Below, one piece after another: positions 22,602-32,941 of a DNA stretch of 64,000 bases; the first letter of the stretch is position 1, and each line of letters begins with the position of its first letter. Made by a program: the position numbers and the translations under genes. Source of the DNA: Candidatus Multivoradales bacterium (lineage in GTDB: Bacteria > Acidobacteriota > Thermoanaerobaculia > Multivoradales > J023); the NCBI GenBank assembly GCA_965248925.1, contig CBDFLE010000006.1, positions 96,001 through 160,000 on the forward strand, given 5' to 3'. Under the pieces are notes generated by a model. The model was not told the origin of the DNA. It searched no databases and saw only the letters and a list, made by a program, of their open reading frames with translations.

Positions 22602-25037
22602 ATGTCATTCTTTCTTCAGGATCTGAGGCAAACCTGCCACGCTCTGTTCAGGGCTCGCGGGCTATCGCTGACTGTGCTGGTGATCCTTGCTTTAGGTTTC
22701 GGACTCAATGCGGCAATGTTCTCGGCCGCCTATCAACTGCTACTCAGACCGCTGCCCTTTGACCAGCCCGAACGACTGCTGGCGGTGTTCGAGACCCGGG
22801 CCGATGGCGGCCGCGCCGGCGTCGCGCTAGCCAACCTGCTCGACTGGCGCGAGCAGGGCAGCAGCTTCTCCGGCCTCGCCGCTTACCGCAAGCGCAGCTT
22901 CGGACTCAAAGCCCGTGAGCAGGCCACAGTGGCAGTGGTGCAAGTCGGCATGGTGACGGCGGATTTTCTGCCCTTGCTCGCCAGGGCCCCAAACCTCGGA
23001 CGGTTCTTCGATGAACCACAAGAGCGAGCCGAAGCCGCTGTTGTGGTGCTGACCGACGCGACCTGGCGCCAACATTTCGCCGCCGACCCCGAAGTGCTAG
23101 GCCGCAGCCTGCGACTCAACGAGGTCCCGTACCTGGTGCTGGGCGTTCTGCGGCCAGGCTTTGACTTCAAAATCGATGGCCAGGAACTCGGCGCCTTCAT
23201 CCCTATCAGCCACCGTGACTACGGCCACTCGCGCGACGTGCGCACTCTGGGAGCCGTCGGCCGCTTGGCCGCCGGAGTGACGCTCGAGCAGGCGCGCCAA
23301 GAACTGCACGCCATCGCCGACCGACTGGCCAGCGATTTTCCCGCCACCAACGCCGAGATCGGCGCCGACTTGGAAAGTCTGCACCAGGCCCTGACCGGTA
23401 GCAACCGCCGCCCCTTGCTCCTGCTGCTAGGCGCCGGCCTCCTGCTCTTGCTGATCGCCGCCACCAGTGTCGCCAATCTGCTGGTAACCCGGCTGGTGAC
23501 CCGCCTGCGGCAAGTAGCGGTGCGCTTCGCTTTGGGCGCCAGACCTGCCCGCGTCGGCCGCTTGTTCTTCCTCGAGACTGCGACCTTGTCTATTGCCGGC
23601 GCCGCCTTGGGGCTGTTGTTGGCGCGCGCTTTTCTCGCTTTGCTACCCCGAGTCTTGCCATTGATCGGCGGCAGCGGCAGCGTTCCCAGACTTGATTCGC
23701 TGAGCCCTGACTTCAGCACGGTTCTCTTCTCTCTGCTCTTGGCGGCCGCCGCGGCGCTCCTCTTCGGCACTCTGCTGAGCTGGCTGGCTCGACGCTCCAA
23801 CCTCGGCCAGCTGCTCAGGGAAAGCGGCTCGCAGGGGTCGTTGCGCGGCCGCCTCCGCAGCGGCCTGGTAGTGACTCAGGTAGTGCTCAGTGTGCTGTTG
23901 CTGCTGGGCGCTGGCTTGCTGTTGCGCAGCTTCTCTAACCTGCTGTCGAGCCATCCTGGATTCAACTCTGAACGGATCCGCCACTTCGGCATCGGCCTGC
24001 CGGAGCAGCGCTACGATAGCGAAGAGAAGATCCTCGCTTTTCATCACCGCTTGCTCGAAGAACTCGGCGACCTGCCGGCGGTCGAGGCGGTCGGCGCGGT
24101 AGTCCGACTACCGCTGGCCGGCAGGGGCATGCGGGCCGGTTTCTACCAGGTCGATCCGGCGGACTCGCCGGTGTTCAGCACGGCGATCAACATCGTCAGT
24201 CCTGGCTATTTCGCCACTCTCGGCACGGCGTTGGTGGCGGGCCGCGAGTTCGACTGGACCGATGGGCTAGAGGCGACGCGGGTGCTGCTGGTCAATCATG
24301 CCTTCCGCCGCACCTACTTTAACGATCAGCCGCCGCGCCAGGTCCTGGGCCGCCGCCTCGCCCTGAGCTGGGCCAGTCCTTCCCATCCGCGGGGCTCGGC
24401 CTGGGAGATCGTCGGCGTGGTTGACGATATCCGCCAACGTAGTCTGGAGCAGCAGGCCGAACCGGCAGTATTCCTATCGCTGGGCCAATTTCCCGCCGAA
24501 GGCTGCTCGTACGTCTTGCGTGAAGTCCCCAACGCGCCCGACTTGGGGCCGCAAGTGGCGGCAGCGGTGGCCCGCAGCGACAGTGATCTACAGCGCATTT
24601 CCCTCGGTTCGCTGCGCCGGCTGGTGGTCGGCAGTCTGGGAGATCGGCGCCTGGGTCTATGGCTCACCGGCGGCTTTGCCGGCCTCGCCCTGGCCTTAAC
24701 CTTGGTTGGCATCTATGGCGTTCTTTCCTTCCACGTCGCACAGAGCGCTCGCGAGACGGCGATCCGGATCAGCCTGGGCGCCGCCCCGGCGCAGATCCGC
24801 GGCCGGGTGCTGCGATCGAGCCTGGGACTGACCATGCTCGGCTGCGTTCTCGGCATCGCCGCTTTCTGGTTTCTCGGCCAGCTGCTGGAGAGTCAGCTCT
24901 ACGGCGTCGACCGTCACGATTTGACAACCCTGGTGGCGGTGGTGGGGGTGCTGGCGGCAGTGGCCATTGCCGCCGCTCTGTTTCCCGCGCTCCGAGCCAG
25001 CCGAGTGGCGCCGATGAGAGCGCTACGTGAACACTGA
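22602..25037 (+). CDS. ADOP-type duplicated MacB/FtsX ABC permease
   Basis: QDLR...LALGFGLNAAMFS...LLRPLPF; duplicated MacB-PCD/FtsX layout; ends RASRVAPMRALR. Confidence 0.9.
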   Translation: MSFFLQDLRQTCHALFRARGLSLTVLVILALGFGLNAAMFSAAYQLLLRPLPFDQPERLLAVFETRADGGRAGVALANLLDWREQGSSFSGLAAYRKRSFGLKAREQATVAVVQVGMVTADFLPLLARAPNLGRFFDEPQERAEAAVVVLTDATWRQHFAADPEVLGRSLRLNEVPYLVLGVLRPGFDFKIDGQELGAFIPISHRDYGHSRDVRTLGAVGRLAAGVTLEQARQELHAIADRLASDFPATNAEIGADLESLHQALTGSNRRPLLLLLGAGLLLLLIAATSVANLLVTRLVTRLRQVAVRFALGARPARVGRLFFLETATLSIAGAALGLLLARAFLALLPRVLPLIGGSGSVPRLDSLSPDFSTVLFSLLLAAAAALLFGTLLSWLARRSNLGQLLRESGSQGSLRGRLRSGLVVTQVVLSVLLLLGAGLLLRSFSNLLSSHPGFNSERIRHFGIGLPEQRYDSEEKILAFHHRLLEELGDLPAVEAVGAVVRLPLAGRGMRAGFYQVDPADSPVFSTAINIVSPGYFATLGTALVAGREFDWTDGLEATRVLLVNHAFRRTYFNDQPPRQVLGRRLALSWASPSHPRGSAWEIVGVVDDIRQRSLEQQAEPAVFLSLGQFPAEGCSYVLREVPNAPDLGPQVAAAVARSDSDLQRISLGSLRRLVVGSLGDRRLGLWLTGGFAGLALALTLVGIYGVLSFHVAQSARETAIRISLGAAPAQIRGRVLRSSLGLTMLGCVLGIAAFWFLGQLLESQLYGVDRHDLTTLVAVVGVLAAVAIAAALFPALRASRVAPMRALREH

Positions 25038-26565
25038 GAGCACCTCCTCCGCCAAGGCCGCGCAGCCTCGACCCAGGCTCGGCATGGCAGGCTTTGGCGA
25101 ACACTTCTGGCCCAGCCTGAATCGCACTCGCCAGTTTTACCTTGACGCCCTCGGACCGGCATTCGAACTCCTTCACCTCGATTCGGCCACTACCCCGGAC
25201 CCGGCTGCCGGAGGCTCGGAGGCCGGGTCGACGCTCGCCCTGTCGGGCTTGCTCAACTTCAGCGGCGACTTCGCTTGGCAACTCGACCCCCATCCCGAAC
25301 AGCCGCTGATCTTCAGCATGCACGGCGGGCCGATCTTGAGCCAAGAGTTCCTCTACCGCCACCTCGGCCGGCTCGAATCGACTGATGTGCTGTTGGTCAA
25401 CTGCACCTCGGATCAGAGCATTCTGCGGCAGATGTTCGATGACGCCACCCCACGGCTCGCCCACCTGCCCCTACCGGTGGGCAGTGAGCACTTCCAGCCG
25501 CGACCCCGCGCCGAATGCCGACGGCGGCTGCCGATCGAGCCCGTGGATCACCTGGTGGGTTTTGTCGGCCGTCTGCTACCGCAGAAGGGTCTGCATCAAT
25601 TCCTGCGCCTGTTGGCGGATCTCCGCCAGCGCCTGCGGCCACGAACGGTGGGAGGCGTGGTGGTGGGAACTTACTGGATGGACTACCCGGTGCTACCCTT
25701 CGTCACCGAGACCTATCCGGAAGAGATCAAGGCGTTGATCGCCGAACTCGAGTTGGGCGACAGCCTGACCTATTTCCCCGCTCGACTCAGCGACGACGAA
25801 CTCGCCTCCTGCTACGGCGCCCTGGATGTGCTCATCCATCCCACCAGCAGCATCGACGAGAACTTCGGCTATACAGCGCTCGAAGCCATGGCCTGCGGCA
25901 CCCCGGTGGTCGGCGCCGCTTACGGCGGGCTGAAAGACACCGTCATCGACGGCGAAACCGGCTTCTTGATGCCGACCTGGGCTAGCCGCAGCGGTATTCG
26001 CATGGATCTGGACCACGGGCTCGACCAGGTCTGCCGTTTGCTCGACGACGACCCGCTGCGACAGCGTTTTTCCGCCGCCGCGGCCCAGCGTGCGCACCAG
26101 GTCTTCTCGGTGCCGGTGTGCGCCGAGCGCTTGCGCCGCGCGATCGAAGAGTCGGCTGCTGCCCGGCACCGCGGCGAAGCCCGCCCCTTGCGGCGCCGAA
26201 AACCCCCTGAGCCCGCTACCGAACTCGGCTTGCTACCCCCTACCGCAATCCCCTGGGAGGCGTATTCGCCGGTCGTCGAACACTACGTCAGCGGACCACC
26301 GCCACGACCGTCCGCCAACGATCGCTTGCGCTTGGCGGCTCCTCTGATCACTCTCGCCGGAGGCGGCCAGCGACTCGCAGATCCGGCCTGGCCAGCTACT
26401 TTCCAGCTCACCACCGCCGACAGCGAGTCCCTCGGACAGTGCGGACGCTCCTTCACCCGCGCCCAGTTGGAGCAGGCTCTCACCGCAGCCGGCGCGGCGG
26501 TCGAGAACCGAGTGCAACAGTGGCTCGACCTCGGATTGCTGCTAGCGAACCCGGCGGATGGCTGA
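25027..26565 (+). CDS. Glycosyltransferase family 4 (GT-B)
   Basis: FVGRLLPQKG, ENFGYTALEAMACGTPVV, DGETGFL. Confidence 0.88.
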   Translation: MNTESTSSAKAAQPRPRLGMAGFGEHFWPSLNRTRQFYLDALGPAFELLHLDSATTPDPAAGGSEAGSTLALSGLLNFSGDFAWQLDPHPEQPLIFSMHGGPILSQEFLYRHLGRLESTDVLLVNCTSDQSILRQMFDDATPRLAHLPLPVGSEHFQPRPRAECRRRLPIEPVDHLVGFVGRLLPQKGLHQFLRLLADLRQRLRPRTVGGVVVGTYWMDYPVLPFVTETYPEEIKALIAELELGDSLTYFPARLSDDELASCYGALDVLIHPTSSIDENFGYTALEAMACGTPVVGAAYGGLKDTVIDGETGFLMPTWASRSGIRMDLDHGLDQVCRLLDDDPLRQRFSAAAAQRAHQVFSVPVCAERLRRAIEESAAARHRGEARPLRRRKPPEPATELGLLPPTAIPWEAYSPVVEHYVSGPPPRPSANDRLRLAAPLITLAGGGQRLADPAWPATFQLTTADSESLGQCGRSFTRAQLEQALTAAGAAVENRVQQWLDLGLLLANPADG

Positions 26566-28453
26566 TCTTCTCTCCACCCCACCGACGCTGGCCGTTATCA
26601 TCCCGTGGTGCGACCGGCCGGAGATCTCCGCCACTCTGGAGAGCAACCGAGCCGCCCTCGCCGACCCCGGCTTGCAGCTGCTGGTGGTCAACTGCGGTGG
26701 CGACCTGGCCGAACTCGATCGGCTTTTGCAAAGTACCGCGTTGCCCGGCCTGAGCCGCCTAGACCTCCCCGGCGCCAGCTTCAACAAGGCCCTGGCCCTC
26801 AATGCCGGGGTCGCGGCCACCGACGCCGCTGAGCTGTTCTTTCTTGACACCGACATAGTGCTGGCGGACAATTTTCTCGACCGTGCGCGGCGCCGTCTAA
26901 GCTCTAACACCTTTGTGACCGTACAGCAGGTGGTCGAGAATTCGCCACCCCCACGCCACCACCTGTCCGGCCTGCATGAAATAGCGCACTTGATCGAATT
27001 GGTCAGCGCCGATGGCACCACGCAAATCGAGACCAACCGCAGCCGCCCGGCGGACGGTAGCCGTAGTGGACCCGGCTTGATCCTGCTGCGCCGCGAACAC
27101 TTCCTGGCCATCGACGGCATGAATTCCGACCTCGAAGGCTGGGGTTTCGAAGACCTCGACTTGGTAACGCGGCTGCAGCTCGCCCAAGGCCTGCGGCGAC
27201 GATCGGTCGGCACCGTTGTACATCTCACCCACGACGATGAGGTGCGCACGCTCGGCGCCAACGACCGTGCCGAGAGTGAGGCCCGCAACCGGATGCGGGC
27301 GTTCTACAACTACGGCCAGCGGCACTACCTGGGCACCTACGACGACGACCTACAGCAGTGGCGTGAACACTGGACCCAGCACCGGTTCGAGCCGCTCAAA
27401 GCAGCCTGCGGTCAGCGTCCACAGCCTCTTTCGCCGACCCCGAGCCTGCGCCTCAGCGTAGTCGACCAGGTGCCGTTGCGCCACGGCGATTCGGCAGCCG
27501 AGGCCCTCGGCGAATGCGTCGAGTTGGCGCGGACGGTCGAGCGCCTCGGCTACCAGCGGTTTTGGATCGCCGAGCATCACAACGCCTCGTCATTCGCTTG
27601 CACCAGTCCCGAAGTGCTGATCCCATTGGCCGCCGCCGCCACTCGCCACCTGCGGATCGGTAGCGGCGGGATGCTGCTGCGCAACACCTCGGCCCTCAAA
27701 ACAGCCGAGCTCTTCCGAACCTTGAGTTCGTGCTTTCCGCACCGCCTCGACCTCGGAATAGGGGGCGCCACCGGCGGCGACCCCCTGACTTCGAACGCCC
27801 TCGCCCATCCTCGCCCGGTGCTCGACTCCAAGACCTATGGTCAGCAGGTTCGTGACTTGTTGGGATTTCTCGCCGGCCAGCTGCCGAGCGCACACGACTT
27901 CGCCACCATCCGTTCCCAGCCTGGACCTCCCAACGCTGCCTTGCCCGAGGTGTGGCTGCTGGGTTCGAGCCCGCACAGCGCGCAGCTGGCCGGCGAGCTT
28001 GGCCTGAGCTACGCTTTTGCTGATTTTCTGACTGACAATCGCCAGCTGGCAGAGGTCGCCGCCGACGCTTATCGCGAAGCCTTCAAGCCGTCACCGGCTC
28101 TCGTGGCGCCACAGATGCTAATCGCGGTCGAAGCGATCTGCGCTCCGACTGAAGAGGAGGCTCGCCACCTCGCCGCTAGCCGACTGGTCGATTGGTTCGC
28201 CGAACTCTACGGTCTACAAGGCTTGCTACCTGCCGACGAGGCAGCGAACCTCGGGCTCGACAGTCGCCACGGGAAAGTCTTCGACCAGTTCGCTGGGCGT
28301 TGCCTGGTCGGCTCTCCAGCACAGGTCCACAACCACCTGCTCGACATCGCACAACGGACCGCGGTGCAGCAGTTCTCCATCATCACCAACTGCTACGCAT
28401 TCGAGAGCCGTTGCCGGTCGTATCAATTGCTAGCCAGCGAACTCGGCCTCTAG
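26558..28453 (+). CDS. Fusion of a GT2/GT7C-type glycosyltransferase and an LLM-class flavin monooxygenase
   Basis: N-terminus VIIPW, FNKALALN, FLDTD, GWGFEDLDL. C-terminus LSVVDQ, RFWIAEHH, RIGSGG, RLDLGIG, VWLLGSS. Confidence 0.82.
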   Translation: MADLLSTPPTLAVIIPWCDRPEISATLESNRAALADPGLQLLVVNCGGDLAELDRLLQSTALPGLSRLDLPGASFNKALALNAGVAATDAAELFFLDTDIVLADNFLDRARRRLSSNTFVTVQQVVENSPPPRHHLSGLHEIAHLIELVSADGTTQIETNRSRPADGSRSGPGLILLRREHFLAIDGMNSDLEGWGFEDLDLVTRLQLAQGLRRRSVGTVVHLTHDDEVRTLGANDRAESEARNRMRAFYNYGQRHYLGTYDDDLQQWREHWTQHRFEPLKAACGQRPQPLSPTPSLRLSVVDQVPLRHGDSAAEALGECVELARTVERLGYQRFWIAEHHNASSFACTSPEVLIPLAAAATRHLRIGSGGMLLRNTSALKTAELFRTLSSCFPHRLDLGIGGATGGDPLTSNALAHPRPVLDSKTYGQQVRDLLGFLAGQLPSAHDFATIRSQPGPPNAALPEVWLLGSSPHSAQLAGELGLSYAFADFLTDNRQLAEVAADAYREAFKPSPALVAPQMLIAVEAICAPTEEEARHLAASRLVDWFAELYGLQGLLPADEAANLGLDSRHGKVFDQFAGRCLVGSPAQVHNHLLDIAQRTAVQQFSIITNCYAFESRCRSYQLLASELGL

Positions 28454-28574
28454 GCCCACCTCCTGACCATACGTTTGACACTGGCCAATTACTCCTTGCG
28501 CTGGGAACTTTTCGCCGCCGAGTTCGTTGGCATTTAGTGTAGCCAGTTCCAACCAGTAACGACCAGGAGGTGTA

Positions 28575-30992
28575 ATGAGCGACCTGTGGCGAGAGGCGCG
28601 CTTGGCCCTGCGAGGACTTCTCAAGCATCCCGGTTTCACCACCGTGGCACTATTGACGTTGACTCTGGGTATCGGCGCCACGACGTCGATATTCACCGTC
28701 GTGCGGCATGTTCTGCTCGAGCCCTTGCCCTATCCCGACCCCGATCGCCTTTTGCTGATCCAAGAGAAGAATCCGGAGGCGGGATTGCCACGCTTTTCGA
28801 TGTCGCCGCTAAATTTTCGCGACTACCGCGAGATGAGCACCTCCTTCGAGTACATGGCGGCGCGCAGCCGGGTTAGCTTGGCACTGATCGGCGAGGCCGG
28901 CAGCCTGCCACGGCAAATCGGGGGGCAGGCGGTGACCGCCGACTTTCTCGAAGTCATGGGCACACCGCCAGCTCTGGGCCGCGACATCGCTGCTGAGGAT
29001 GATCGGCTTGGGGCACCACCAGTGATTATCCTCGGCCACGGCCTGTGGCAAGATCTCGGTGGGGATCCAGGCATCCTCGGCAGCGATCTACGCATCGACG
29101 GGCAGATGACAGCGGTCATCGGCGTCTTGCCCAAAGACTTCCCCACCGCCACTGAAGCCCTGATCCCGCTGGCTCACGACTACGAGTCTTCGAACCGAGG
29201 CAGCCATTGGCTGCTCGGCTTCGGTCGGCTCAAGCCGGAAGTGACCTTGGACCAAGCTCGCATCGAGCTCACCACTCTGGCCGCGCGGCTGGCCGAGAGC
29301 TATCCGGCATCGAATACCGGCTGGGGCACGATCGCCGTTCCACTGCACCAGCGAATGGTCGAGAACATCCGGGTAGCGCTGTGGATGCTGCTAGCGGCAG
29401 TGGTCCTGGTGCTGCTGATCGCTTGCGCCAATGTCGCCCAGCTAACCCTGGCGCGGGTGGCCCAGCGCAGCCGCGAAATCGCCTTGCGCAGCGCACTCGG
29501 CGCCAGCCGCGGTCAGTTGACCCGCCAGCTGTTGATCGAGAGCCTGCTGTTGGCATTGGCCGCCGGCATCCTCGGCACGGCTTTGGCGACCCGCGGCACG
29601 GCCTGGCTGGTGGCGCTGAACGGCGCAGAGATTCCACGCGCTGAGACCATCGGTGTCGATGGTGGCGTGCTGCTCTTTGCCCTGCTCGCAACTTTTGGCA
29701 CCGTCCTGCTCTTCGGCCTCCTGCCAGCATTGGCGGCCTCCAAGACCGATCTCGCGGGCGCCCTCAAAGAAGGTGGCCGGGGCCAGGCCGGAGCCGGCGG
29801 CAGCGCCCGGCTACGTAGCACCTTGGTGCTCAGCGAGGTGGCACTGGCGCTAGTGGTGTTGATCGGCGCGGGGCTACTAATCCGCAGCTTTGGCGAACTG
29901 TTGGCGGTAGAAGCGGGTTTCGAATCTGAATCGGTGTGGATTGCCACTGTTGATCTGCCAGAGAGCACTTACGCTGAAGAGAGCGCGCGCATCGAGTTCT
30001 TCGATCGGTGGATCCAAGGTGCTCGCGCACTGCCCGGGGTCAGCCTGGCCAGCACAGTGATGCCGATGCCCCTGTCGGGCAGCGATTGGGTCAATACCCT
30101 CTACCTCGAAGGCGAGCCCCTGCCCGAGCCCAATCAGGAACGCAACGCCAATATCCGCTTCGTCAGTGGAGATTACTTCGAAGCCCTGGCGATTCCGGTC
30201 CACCTGGGACGGCCGATCCTGGCCACCGACGACGCCGCCTCGGTGCCGGCAATCGTCGTCAACAAGAGTGCCGCCGAGCAGTTCTGGAATGGTCAAGACG
30301 TTCTCGGCAAGCGACTCTCCTTCGGCCGACCTGATGGTGACAACCCACGCTGGTACAGCGTCGTCGGAGTGGTCGGCAACGTTCACCACAGTGCCCTAGA
30401 CCGGGCGGTTCAACCGGCCGTCTATCGCTCGGTGCGGCAAGACGCACCTGATTCGGCCACTATCGTCTTGCGCACCACCGGCAGCGACCCAACGATCATC
30501 GCTCGACCGCTGCGATCCTTGCTGCAGAAACTCGACCCAGATCTGGTGCTGCGCCGCGAGCAGAGTGCTGCCGAGATGGTCGCCAACTCGATCGCCGAGC
30601 CTCGCTTCAACACCACGCTGCTAGCGATTTTCGCCGGTCTCGCTTTGATCTTGGCAGCGATTGGGGTCTTTGGCGTGGTGTCCTACGCGGTCAGTCTTCA
30701 GCAGCGCGAGTTTGGAGTGAGGATGGCCCTCGGGGCGCGTGCTGAGCAGATCGTCTCAAGGGTCCTCGGCCAAGCTTTGCGTCCGGTGCTAGCGGGGGTG
30801 GCGATCGGCATGGCGGTGGCGTTGATCGCTAGCCGGGTGCTGTCCAGCTTGGTCTACGGCATCAGCGTGTACGACCCAATCACCTACTTCGGTACCGGTG
30901 TCCTGCTGACCGCGGTAGCCGCCCTGGCTTGCCTGATTCCGGCCTGGAGAGTCACTCACCTTGACCCGATGGAGGCGCTGCGCGATGAGTAG
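28575..30992 (+). CDS. ADOP-type duplicated MacB/FtsX ABC permease
   Basis: GLLKHPGFTTVALLTLTLGIGATTSIF, LLIACANVA, REIALRSALGA, DPMEALRDE. Confidence 0.92.
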   Translation: MSDLWREARLALRGLLKHPGFTTVALLTLTLGIGATTSIFTVVRHVLLEPLPYPDPDRLLLIQEKNPEAGLPRFSMSPLNFRDYREMSTSFEYMAARSRVSLALIGEAGSLPRQIGGQAVTADFLEVMGTPPALGRDIAAEDDRLGAPPVIILGHGLWQDLGGDPGILGSDLRIDGQMTAVIGVLPKDFPTATEALIPLAHDYESSNRGSHWLLGFGRLKPEVTLDQARIELTTLAARLAESYPASNTGWGTIAVPLHQRMVENIRVALWMLLAAVVLVLLIACANVAQLTLARVAQRSREIALRSALGASRGQLTRQLLIESLLLALAAGILGTALATRGTAWLVALNGAEIPRAETIGVDGGVLLFALLATFGTVLLFGLLPALAASKTDLAGALKEGGRGQAGAGGSARLRSTLVLSEVALALVVLIGAGLLIRSFGELLAVEAGFESESVWIATVDLPESTYAEESARIEFFDRWIQGARALPGVSLASTVMPMPLSGSDWVNTLYLEGEPLPEPNQERNANIRFVSGDYFEALAIPVHLGRPILATDDAASVPAIVVNKSAAEQFWNGQDVLGKRLSFGRPDGDNPRWYSVVGVVGNVHHSALDRAVQPAVYRSVRQDAPDSATIVLRTTGSDPTIIARPLRSLLQKLDPDLVLRREQSAAEMVANSIAEPRFNTTLLAIFAGLALILAAIGVFGVVSYAVSLQQREFGVRMALGARAEQIVSRVLGQALRPVLAGVAIGMAVALIASRVLSSLVYGISVYDPITYFGTGVLLTAVAALACLIPAWRVTHLDPMEALRDE

Positions 30993-31033
30993 GTGGCGGC
31001 CAGAGGGGAGGTGCAGGTTCTTGGACCTACGAC

Positions 31034-32941
31034 TCAGGGCAGCTTGTGGCCATGACCTTCGAGGGGGATCTCGATCGGCTCGCCGGCCATGCTGCTCTCG
31101 ACCCGCAAAGTTGCCGAGCGGGAACCCGGAGAGGTGGGTGCGAAGCGCAACTCGACCGTGCAGCGCTGCCCCGGTGGAATTTGATGGCCTGAGCAGCCAT
31201 CGCTACCAAGGGCGAAAAACTCCGCGTCACGACCGCTCAAGCGCAACCTCCTGACCGTTAATCCGGCGCGGCCTTGGTTGCTCAGATTTAGCTGCCGGCT
31301 ACCCGCACGGCTCGCCGCCACCGCGCCAAAATCTAGCAGCATCGGCGTTACCAACAAGCGCGGCGAGACGCCAATCCCGGTCAAGGGAATTCTCAAGCGG
31401 TCGCCACCGGCATCGTGGACTAGTTCCAACACCGCGCGGTGCGGCCCATCACGGCGGGACTTGAAGCCCATCTCGATCGTGCAGCTAGTCCCCGCCGCCA
31501 AGGTTTTTCCCGAGCAACCATCGCGACGGGCCAAGAAACTCTGCGCATCACCACCGCGCACACGGATCTTGCCTAGCTCGAGCGGGCCGCTGCCATCGTT
31601 GCCAATCCGCAGCTCGGCCGACGGGCTGAGCGAACCCAGCGCGGCTTCGCCGAAGCTCAACCGTGAGGCAGCCACTGAAATCCCCGGCGCTGTACCGAGA
31701 CCGCTCAAGAGAATCTCTCGCGGCGCCTCTTCGAGCTGGTGATCGAGAATCAGCCGGGCGGTGAACGACCCGGCTTGCTGCGGCTCGAAGCCCACCGCCA
31801 CCGAGCAATGCGTACCCGGCTCCAGAAAGCTAGGGGTGCAATCCTCTTCGCCCAAGGTGAAAACCGTCTCCTCAGGGTCGAGAGTCAGCCCGCGAAGGGT
31901 CAGCGGCCCGTTGCCATCATTGGTCAGAGTAAGGCTGAGCCGTTCAGCGACCGAACCGCGCAGCACCGAGCCGAAATCAAGCGCGGTAGCATCGACGGTC
32001 AACAGCGGCAACCGTTCGATCCCACCGCCCACCAGCACCACCGTCGGCGCGAGCTCCGGAGCATCACCCCGAATCTCTAGCGCCGCCAACCGCTCACCCG
32101 CGGCGGTAGGGATGAAGAAAACCTCCAGCGAACAGCGTTGACCGGGCAACAGGGCACGAGCGCTACAACCATCGCCGCGAACGAAGAAATCAGCTGCTCC
32201 CAGGCCCAGCAAGCGGGCCCTGCCGAGCTTCAGTGGCGCAGTACCGTCATTGACCCACCAGGCCAGCTGTGACGGGCTGGCGGTGCCGAGGGGTTGCGAC
32301 TCGAATGCCAGCCGAGCCTGCTCCAAGCGCATCCGCGGCGCCGCGCCGGAGCCCAATAGGGGCACCACCAACTGACCATTGGCGGCGTTACTCGGGATCA
32401 CCAACCGAGCACGAGCCGAGCCGCGGACGGTGGGCATGAAGCGCAACCTGAGATCACAGCGAGCACCGCGCGGCAACCGCTGGCCACCGCATCCATCCTC
32501 GACCCAGGAAAACGCCGCCGCACCCTCGCCGGCCAGCCGCAATTCGCCGATCAACAGGGCGCGACGACCGGTATTCGACAACGACAGGCCTAGCTCGCCG
32601 CTCTCGCCGTCGACACGCAGCTGGCCAAACTCAAGAAGTGCACTCGAAGCCACGACCACCGCCGGCGGTAAATTGAGCAAATAGCCCGCGACACCAGCGA
32701 CCGGCAACAACAGCAGCAGGGCCACCAGCCAGGGCCAGCGCCTTCGCGGCGGTGGGTGCGCCGGCAGCAGGGATGGGGAAGCAGCCGGACCGAAATCACT
32801 CACCTCTGTCTCGTCACCGAGAGGCAAGTCGAGCAACCCTTTGGAGGAGGGAGCAGCCGCCGATGCGAACGGATCGAGCGGGTCGGAGCCCGGAGCACGC
32901 TTCACTGTTTTATCACTCACCGAGTCAGTCGCTCTTGCCAC
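31034..32941 (-). CDS. Membrane-anchored protein with five tandem Ig-like (choice-of-anchor D/ASH-like) domains
   Basis: Single TM, then repeats of L.FG...N.G..PL...C.G..L..G..C...F.P. Confidence 0.8.
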   Translation of the reverse strand: MARATDSVSDKTVKRAPGSDPLDPFASAAAPSSKGLLDLPLGDETEVSDFGPAASPSLLPAHPPPRRRWPWLVALLLLLPVAGVAGYLLNLPPAVVVASSALLEFGQLRVDGESGELGLSLSNTGRRALLIGELRLAGEGAAAFSWVEDGCGGQRLPRGARCDLRLRFMPTVRGSARARLVIPSNAANGQLVVPLLGSGAAPRMRLEQARLAFESQPLGTASPSQLAWWVNDGTAPLKLGRARLLGLGAADFFVRGDGCSARALLPGQRCSLEVFFIPTAAGERLAALEIRGDAPELAPTVVLVGGGIERLPLLTVDATALDFGSVLRGSVAERLSLTLTNDGNGPLTLRGLTLDPEETVFTLGEEDCTPSFLEPGTHCSVAVGFEPQQAGSFTARLILDHQLEEAPREILLSGLGTAPGISVAASRLSFGEAALGSLSPSAELRIGNDGSGPLELGKIRVRGGDAQSFLARRDGCSGKTLAAGTSCTIEMGFKSRRDGPHRAVLELVHDAGGDRLRIPLTGIGVSPRLLVTPMLLDFGAVAASRAGSRQLNLSNQGRAGLTVRRLRLSGRDAEFFALGSDGCSGHQIPPGQRCTVELRFAPTSPGSRSATLRVESSMAGEPIEIPLEGHGHKLP

